Of a stretch of 64,000 nt of DNA, positions 56,639 to 64,000 are shown one piece after another. How positions within the stretch are numbered: the stretch's first letter is position 1; the number at the start of each line of letters is the position of its first letter. Source of the stretch: an uncultured Planctomycetota bacterium (lineage in GTDB: Bacteria; Planctomycetota; Planctomycetia; Isosphaerales; Isosphaeraceae); contig CAWJTV010000005.1 in assembly GCA_963845755.1 (NCBI GenBank), positions 32,001 to 96,000 of the forward strand. Reading direction: 5' to 3'. The notes beneath the pieces were generated by a model. It was given only the letters and a program-made list of their open reading frames with translations, was not told the DNA's origin and ran no database searches. The position numbers and the translations under genes are program-made.

Positions 56639-57338
56639 TCAGGACAGCTCGAACAACAAGACTTCGGAAGGTCCTTCGGCCCGGAACCTGGACACCGGGC
56701 TCGTCACTGATCGCCGCGCCATCCCCGCTCGCGAGAGTTTTCCCACTCAGTGCGACCGCTCCGCGCAAGACTTGCAGCCAGCCATGGCGTTGTCGATCCA
56801 GACGGTGCGTGATCTCGGTGCCCGCGTCGATCGAAGCCAGGAACAGTCGCGCATCCTGCCGGATGATCAACGAACCGTCCTCCCCATCCGGCGAAGCGAC
56901 CACGCGAAGTCGATTCCGTCGTTCCGCTTCGGGGAACGTCTTCTGTTCGTAAGACGGATTCAGTCCCTCCCGCTCCGGCAGCAGCCAGATCTGGTAGAGG
57001 TGGATCGGCTCGGTCTCGGACGCGTTGAACTCGCTGTGAGTGATGCCCGTGCCGGCCGTCATCCGCTGGAGCTCACCCGGCCCCAGGACTCCGCCGGAGC
57101 CCAAACTGTCCCGATGCGCCAGGGCACCCTCGAGCACGTACGTCACGATCTCCATGTCGCGATGCCCATGCGTCCCAAATCCCTGCCCCGGTGCGATCCG
57201 ATCTTCATTGATCACACGGAGGGCGCGGAAACCCATCTGCTCCGCATCGAAATAACGGCTGAACGAAAACGTGTGGTACGTGTCGAGCCAGCCGTGGTCG
57301 AAATGGCCCCGCTCGACTCCCCTGCGAACCCGGATCAC
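56639..57338 (-). CDS. Pirin family protein (YhhW-like); frame break near 56685
   Basis: HGWLDTYHTFSF, LRVINED, HGHRDMEIVTY, MTAGTGITHSE, QIW; shifted C-terminus AEGPSEVLLFELS. Confidence 0.92.
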
Positions 57339-57642
57339 TGCCGACTCCTTGGTTTTTCCCTAAACCGTTGAGATCCCACGAATCCGGCCAGGCAAACTCC
57401 TCGATCGCTGCCTGGTCCGTGCACCGGCGAACGACTCGTCAACACCCTGATAGTTTACATCTAAACCAAATTCTGTCAAGGGATCGAGGCGCTGAAATCG
57501 AGAGGCGTCGAACCGGAGTGAGTGGACCACCCGTTTTCCTGATAAGCGAGTCGGGCTATAATCTCCTTGCATGCGCGTCAGGATGTAAGTGGCCGAGGTC
57601 AGATTGGCCGAGAATTGTTGCATCAATGGAGTCCGCTAACTC

Positions 57643-59275
57643 ATGGCAGCCCTGCGGATGATCGAAGGCGATCGGCCTGGCACGGTGTACCGGCTGGAGA
57701 AAGACGAGACAGTGATCGGGAAAGCCGCGGAGTGCGACATCCCGCTGTGCGACGTGCACGTTTCGAAGTCGCACGCGAAGATCGTCCGCCAAGCCGACGG
57801 CTTCTACCTCGTAGACCTCGACAGCACGAACCATACGAAGCTCGAGGGGGAGCGTCTGCCGGCGATGCAGCCCCGCCGCCTGCTCGACGGCGACACAATC
57901 AAAATATGCAGATTCACATTTGTCTATAGTGGGGGCGATCTGGCCCAGGAAGGGGCGCCCGACGATCCTCGACTCGATCGAGGTGCTATCGTCCGGCGGC
58001 CGGCCGCGTGCCGGGGCCAAGGCGGAAGAAAAACTCCGGGTCGTCATGGATATCGTCAGGGAGCTGGTCGGGGTCCTGGAGCTTTCGGCCGTGCTCGAGA
58101 AGGTGCTGGAGGCATTATTCCAGATTTTCCCCCAGGCCGAGCGCGGGTTCGTGCTGTTCCAGGAGTCGCGGACGAATCAGTTGCAGGTCCGCGCCAGCAA
58201 GTTCCGGCATCGCGGGACGGAGCGATCGGCGCCCAGCCGCACGGTTTACGATCACGTCACGAAGGAGGGCCTGGCGATCCTCTGCGAGGACGTCCCCGCC
58301 GACAGCCGGTTCGGCTTGATCCATAGCCTCGAGATGAACCAGGTTCGGACGATGATGTGCGTACCGCTCTGGGATCACCAGCACCGGGCGATCGGTGCCC
58401 TCCACGTGGATACTCGCGATGGACGGAGCCGGTTTACCCAGGACGACCTCGATTTCGTCGTCGCGCTGGCCGGCACGATCAGCATGGGCGTCGAGAACGC
58501 GCAACTGCATGAATGGGACGTCATCATGGAGCGCCGCAAGCAAGAGGCGCGAGATGCTCGTGCGGTGCAGTTGTCCCTGATCCCGGTACGATCCCCGGAC
58601 CTACCCGGGTATGCATTCTGGCACGACTACGAACCGGCGGAATTCGTCGGCGGCGATTACTTCGACTATCATCCGCTGCCAGGGGCGGATGCTTCGGCGC
58701 CGTCGAGACGATGGGCCGCCGCCGTGGGTGATGTCGCCGGCAAGGGGATGCCGGCCGCGCTGATGATGGCCCGTCTTTCCGCCGAGGTGCGACTCCTCGT
58801 CCAGGTGGAGCCCGACCCGGTCCGGTTGGTCCGTCGCCTGAATCGCAACCTGTGTGAGGTCGGTGGCGAGAAGTTTGTCACGTTCCTGCTCGTGATCGTC
58901 AACGCGGACCGTCACAGCCTGACGGTGATCAATGCGGGTCATCCGTCGCCGATGATCCGTCGGGCGGACGGACGCCTCGATCTCGTCACGGCGACCAGGG
59001 CCTCGATGCCCCTCGGGGTGAAGGACGACGAGACCTACCATGCCTCAACGACCCCGCTGGCGCCCGGTGATGTTGTCGTGCTCTTCACCGATGGGGTCGA
59101 GACCATGAGTCGAGAGGGCGAACTTCTGGGAATGGAACGACTGAAGCGGATCATCGCCGAGGCACCTCCGGTTGTTGCGTCGGTCGGCGAGGCCATCCGC
59201 GACGCGGTTCGACTCCATTCTGCGGGGCGAAGCCAGTTCGACGATATCACCATCCTCTGCTTCGGGCCGGTGTGA
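57643..59275 (+). CDS. FHA-GAF-PP2C (SpoIIE-type) phosphatase, copy 1 (frame break near 57950)
   Basis: FHA IGK...VSKSHAKI...DLDSTNHT; GAF MCVPLW...FTQDDL; GGDYFD, GDVAGKG, FTDGV, DDITIL. Confidence 0.88.
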
Positions 59276-59343
59276 CCCGCGCTCGCCTGTGATCACCCCG
59301 GGAGCCCCGGTCGTGATTCGAGCGCTTAACGCTTGAATGACGA

Positions 59344-59423
59344 TCGCCGGACGGAGCCGGCTCCTACAAAACGACGTTGGTCCGGCTTGCGGTCCGGGTG
59401 TAGGAGGGGGCTCTGTCCCCCGA
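59344..59423. repeat. GTAGGAG-type REP pair, divergent
   Basis: TCGCCGGACGGAGCCGGCTCCTAC (59344-59367) and GTAGGAGGGGGCTCTGTCCCCCGA (59400-59423). Confidence 0.65.
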
Positions 59424-59590
59424 CCCTCAGCTCCAGCCGATCCCCCTCCCGGACCATTACCCGTTTAACATGAGAAACTCAGCCGGGTAAAATGCAAGGA
59501 AATCGCGCCCGAGCGTCGATCGCGATTGGAGAAGTGAGGAAGGCTTCCTGTCGCTGAGTGCTCGCATGGATCAGCGAGGAGTACGACTCC

Positions 59591-61241
59591 ATGCCGACGT
59601 TGCAGATGATCAAGGGAGAGTGGCCACAGAAGCTGTATCGACTCGCTCAGGAGGAGACGGTCATCGGCAAAGGGCCTCATTGCGACATCATCCTTCCGGA
59701 TGAACATGTTTCGACGCTGCACGCCAAGGTCGTTCGTCGCCAGGACGGCCTCTACATCGAAGACCTCAACAGCAAGAATGAAACGAAGGTCGGTCGAGAC
59801 CTCCTGGAAAAGGTCACGGAACCGCGGCGTCTGACACATGGCGATGAGATCAAGATCTGTAAGTATCGGTTCATTTATCTCGAGGGCGAGCCGATCCCGG
59901 GTGAAACGCTGACGGTGCTGGAAACGATCGGCGTGTTGACGGCCGACGTGCGCAGCCCCGGTGAGTTCGAGTTCCGAGGAGAAGCTTCGGGTTGTCGAGG
60001 AGATGTGCGGCGAGTTGATGGGGGTGCTCGACCTCGACGCGGTGCTGGGGAAGGTCCTTGAGGCGTTATTGCGCATCTTCCCGCAGGCCGAGAGGGTCCT
60101 GCTCGTGTCGCAGGATGGGGATACGCGAGAGCTCCGAGTCCGGGCGAGCCGTATCCGGCACGCCGATCGGGACCGAGCGGCACCCAGTCGTACAGTCTTC
60201 GATCTGGTCACTCGCGAGGGCCACGCAATCCTCTGTGCGGACATCAGCGCGGACGTTCGACTCTCCGAGAGTGACAGTCTCGGCAAAGCCCGGGTCCGGA
60301 CGATCATGTGCGTTCCAATCTGGGACACCGAACGTCGCCCGGTCGGCGTACTGGAACTCGACGCGGAACATCGGCAGGGCCGGTTCACCCAGGAGGATCT
60401 CGACTTCCTCGTCGCCCTGGCGACCACGATCAGCATGGCGCTCGAGAACGCTCGGCTGCACGACCTGGCCCTGAGGCTTAGAGAGTGGGATCGGGAGGGG
60501 CAGGATGCCAGGGTGGTGCAAGACTGCCTGATCCCGGCGCGACCTCCGGAATTGCGAGGCTATGAATTCTGGCATTACTACCAGCCGGCTCGCTTCGTCG
60601 GCGGAGATTATTTCGACTATCGTCCGCTGCGCCGGCAGCGCGCTCTCGCGGCGGCCGCGACGGCGAGACGATGGGCCATCGCGGTCGGTGACGTCTCGGG
60701 CAAGGGGATGCCTGCGGCCTTGCTCATGGCCGGGCTCTCGAGCGAGGTTCGACTCCTGCTCGACACCGAGGCTCGGGCGATTGGTGTGATGGGACGACTC
60801 AATCGAAGCCTCTGCGAGACAAACGTGAGCGGGAGGTTCGTCACCTTCCTGCTGGCCATGCTGGATGGAAAACGTCACGAGCTGACGGTGCTCAACGCCG
60901 GCCATCCCTGGGCGATGATCCGTCGCGCCGATAAGACCGTCGAGCTGATCGGTGAGGGGCTACAGTCGATGCCCCTGGGTATCCAGGATGATGACGATTA
61001 CCAGACGGTCCCGACCGCGATCAAGCCGGGCGATGTGGTGGTCCTCTGCACGGATGGCGTCACGGAGGCGATGAACTCTGACCTCGAAACGTTCGGCATC
61101 TCGGGCCTGAAGCGGTCGCTCTCGGAGGCACCCGCCGGGGCGGCCGCGGTCGGGGCGGCGATCCTCTCCGACGTCCGCCGCCATGCCGCCGGCCAGGATC
61201 CGAACGACGATATTACCCTCCTCTGCTTCGGACGGCCATGA
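59591..61241 (+). CDS. FHA-GAF-PP2C (SpoIIE-type) phosphatase, copy 2 (frame break near 59960)
   Basis: Same architecture and clear similarity to 57643-59275 (ETVIGK, EEKLRVV, IFPQAER, GGDYFDY, GDVSGKGMPAAL, DDITLLCFG). Confidence 0.88.
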
Positions 61242-63748
61242 TCCTGGACAGGCACGAACTTGAATCGACACCCCCCTGGCACTCGTCCGGTGAAACAACC
61301 ACGGATTCCCCGTCGCTCGACCCCGGCCGGGGGATCGGCTGGTATCACCTGGAGAGCGTCTTGGGCGAGGGTACGTTCGGACGGGTCTACCTGGCCCAGC
61401 ATGAAGTCCTGGGCCGGCGAGTGGCGATCAAGGTGTTGAATCGACGGCATGGGTCCGGGCGACAGGAAATCCGTGCCTTTCTCAACGAGGCCCTCATTCT
61501 GGCCGAATTCAACCATCCGGGCATCGTGCCGGTCTTCGACGCCGGCTGGACGGAAGATGGTTTGTACTACATCGTGTCGCGTTATGTGGAAGGGGGCGAC
61601 CTGCGTGGCGTTCTTGCGCGAGGCCGGCAGCCCGCCCGGCGCACCGCCGAGATCACGATCGCGGTCGCGGAGGCGCTGGCCTACGCCCATGCTCACGGCC
61701 TGGTCCACCGCGATATCAAGCCGGCTAATATCCTCATGGATCTCGACGGCAAGCCGCTGGTGGCCGACTTCGGGGTGGCCCTCCGAGACAAGGATTTCGG
61801 CCGAGGGACCAGGCTTGCCGGCACACCCGCGTATATGAGTCCCGAGCAAGCTCGGGGCCAGGGGCACCGGGTGGATGTCCGATCGGACATCTTCAGCCTG
61901 GGCGTCGTCTTGTATGAGATGCTGACGGGCCGACGTCCTTTCCGGGGCGCGGACCCGCGCGAGCTCTCGGAGCAGATCATTCGCGGGCCGGCCGTTCCTC
62001 CCCGTGAAATCGACGGGACCATCTCCGAGGCCGTGGAGCGGGTTTGTCTCAAGGCCATCGAGAAGCGGCCCGGAGATCGTTACACGACGGCGCTCGATCT
62101 GGCGAGGGATCTCCGGGAATACCTCGATACCGATGAGGTCCACCTCGGGACGAGCGTCGCGGTCGAACCCGACCCGGATGATCCCGACACCGTCTCACCC
62201 TCGCGGCCGAGCCCCACGTCGTCGGCCGCGAGCCGAGAGATCGTGTTGATCTCGACGAGGACGGGATACTCGACTACGGACTTGCACGCGCTCAAACTTC
62301 GACCGCGCGGATTGCGGCCTTTCGGGCGAAAAGACGCCGGTTTTTTCCAGGACCTGCTCCCCGGGCCTCGCGACCAGAACGGGTCGCCCGAGATCCTGGG
62401 CTTCTGGCGATCTCGGATCGAGGGCTCAGACGGCCGAGAACCCCTCCGGCTCGGTCTCGTGTTCGGCCCCTCTGGCTCCGGCAAGTCCTCGATGGTCACG
62501 GCTGGCCTCCTGCCGCTCCTGTCCGAGCGCATTTCCGTGGTTTCCATCGAGGCGACAGCCGCCGATACCGAGGGCATCCTCCTGACGAAGCTGCGGTCTC
62601 GATATCCCCGCCTGCTCGCCGGATTCAACCTCGCTGCCTCGTTCATCGCGGCCCGGAAGGGCCTTATCCTCCCGCTCGGAAGACGTCTGCTCATCGTCAT
62701 CGATCAGTTCGAGCGCTGGCTGCGTACCGCGCGACCCCGAGACGAGCAGGGATTGCTGGCCGCATTGCGACAGTGTGACGGCGAGCACGTTCAGGCCCTC
62801 CTCGTGGTCCGGGACGACTCCTGGCTCGCCGCCAGCCGGCTCCTGAGAGATCTGGGGGATCGCCTGATCGAAGGGGAGAATATTACACCTATTGATCCGT
62901 TTGATCCGAGACATGCCCGGGCGGTCCTGTCGGCCTACGGCAGGGCCTTCGGGGGCTTGCCCGAGGATGCGACACTCCTCACGGAAGAGCATGAGAAGTT
63001 CCTCGACGATGCGATCTCGGCGTTGTCGAGGGACGGTCCGCTTATCCCCATTCGACTGGTCCTCTTCGCAGGGCTGCTCGGACATCGGGTCTGGAACACG
63101 TCGAGATGGGAGGCCATCTCACGATTGGGAAACGACGATGCGGCCTATCTCGAAGCAGCCTTCGACACGGAAACTGCGCCCGCCGATCGCCGTGCACATC
63201 GACAGGCCGCCCGCTCGGTGCTAAAGGCACTCTTGCCGGCAAACGAGGAGAGGGCCCCGTTGCCAATCCTCTCGTATCGCGACATCGTCGAGGCATCCGG
63301 TCGTGCAACTCAGCCCTTCGAATGCCAGGCCCTCTTTCGCATCCTCGAGGAGGAGCTACGGCTCATCACGCGAGTCGATGTCGCGAGTCGAGCCGAATCC
63401 GAAGGGCCGCCCGCGGAGAGGGAGAGTTTCACCTACCGCCTGGGTCACGACTATCTCGTCGGACCCCTCTCCCTCTGGCTAGCCCGTGATCGAACCTCGC
63501 CATCATGCCATGTTCGAGGAGAGCATCATCCCCGACAAGAACTTACGGATCCCGGCAGGACGCGGAACCAGCCGATCGATCTGAATACGGCCAGCGAGTC
63601 GGAATTGAGGAGCCTGCCGGGCGTCGGACCGGTAATCGCTCACCGAATCATCGAGGCTAGACCTTGGCGGTCGGCCGCCGATTTGTTGAGGATCAAGGGT
63701 ATCGACGAGAAGCGTCTCGAAAGGCTTCAACCCCTGATCCGGCTGTAA
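61238..63748 (+). CDS. Ser/Thr kinase - nSTAND1-like NTPase - ComEA-type helix-hairpin-helix fusion
   Basis: LGEGTFGRV, VAIK, HRDIKPAN, DFG, GTPAYMSPE; PRGLRPF, GPSGSGKSS, LLIVIDQFE, LGHDYLV; C-terminal IDLNTASESELRSLPGVGPVIAHRIIEARP...DLLRIKGI. Confidence 0.88.
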   Translation: MILDRHELESTPPWHSSGETTTDSPSLDPGRGIGWYHLESVLGEGTFGRVYLAQHEVLGRRVAIKVLNRRHGSGRQEIRAFLNEALILAEFNHPGIVPVFDAGWTEDGLYYIVSRYVEGGDLRGVLARGRQPARRTAEITIAVAEALAYAHAHGLVHRDIKPANILMDLDGKPLVADFGVALRDKDFGRGTRLAGTPAYMSPEQARGQGHRVDVRSDIFSLGVVLYEMLTGRRPFRGADPRELSEQIIRGPAVPPREIDGTISEAVERVCLKAIEKRPGDRYTTALDLARDLREYLDTDEVHLGTSVAVEPDPDDPDTVSPSRPSPTSSAASREIVLISTRTGYSTTDLHALKLRPRGLRPFGRKDAGFFQDLLPGPRDQNGSPEILGFWRSRIEGSDGREPLRLGLVFGPSGSGKSSMVTAGLLPLLSERISVVSIEATAADTEGILLTKLRSRYPRLLAGFNLAASFIAARKGLILPLGRRLLIVIDQFERWLRTARPRDEQGLLAALRQCDGEHVQALLVVRDDSWLAASRLLRDLGDRLIEGENITPIDPFDPRHARAVLSAYGRAFGGLPEDATLLTEEHEKFLDDAISALSRDGPLIPIRLVLFAGLLGHRVWNTSRWEAISRLGNDDAAYLEAAFDTETAPADRRAHRQAARSVLKALLPANEERAPLPILSYRDIVEASGRATQPFECQALFRILEEELRLITRVDVASRAESEGPPAERESFTYRLGHDYLVGPLSLWLARDRTSPSCHVRGEHHPRQELTDPGRTRNQPIDLNTASESELRSLPGVGPVIAHRIIEARPWRSAADLLRIKGIDEKRLERLQPLIRL

Positions 63749-64000
63749 TGGCGGCGCGATCGACCATCACGCCCGCTCATTCGAGCCTGTTCCCATCCGG
63801 GATCCCGTCAGGGAATCCTCGAGCCTCGACGTTACGTGGGGCCCTGGGGCCGAACTGGTCCCGAGAGTGATCCATGGGGGGATTCTGGAGACATCAGGTT
63901 GGCGCGAAGGTATTCTCGATGGGGTGGCGAAGGATTGCAAATTCGAGGGACACGAAGGTGGTCGACGTCATCGAGGATGGTGTGGCGACCTGGGTGGACA

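Noticed and set aside
56034..57338. 434-aa pirin fused to a repeat tail
   Set aside because: A frame break near 56685 hides the normal C-terminus (EVLLFELS, stop at 56639)
63870..64000. Start of a further gene at the right edge
   Set aside because: Too little sequence to choose a frame or product

Overview
GC-rich chromosomal segment with Planctomycetota hallmarks, most like Isosphaeraceae (inferred): LEPR-XLL extracellular proteins, a DUF1559 prepilin-like protein, PEP-CTERM, zinc-ribbon SpoVG and large Ser/Thr kinases. Housekeeping genes: glpD, tyrA, purL/purQ, ispE, spoVG, hemH, miaB, glnE. It also has a STAS-cheY-cheA-mcp-cheW-cheR-cheB chemosensory cluster behind a REC-PP2C gene, the hopanoid C-3 methylase hpnR and an IS110 remnant. 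About 14 genes, several of them core metabolic, carry single frame breaks, which points to long-read indel errors rather than pseudogenes. Most notable: (1) an operon-like unit of two FHA-GAF-PP2C phosphatases and a Ser/Thr kinase-nSTAND1 NTPase that ends in a ComEA-type helix-hairpin-helix domain, a candidate DNA-sensing phospho-switch; (2) a 276-bp MITE with inverted ends and an exact 8-bp target duplication inside a REP loop; (3) a four-copy non-coding element (hairpin, heptamer arms, conserved tail), one copy expanded to about 46 heptamers; (4) a candidate rod-shaped ncRNA near 42.9 kb. No rRNA, tRNA or CRISPR array was seen. All protein family calls come from motif recognition by eye, not database searches.
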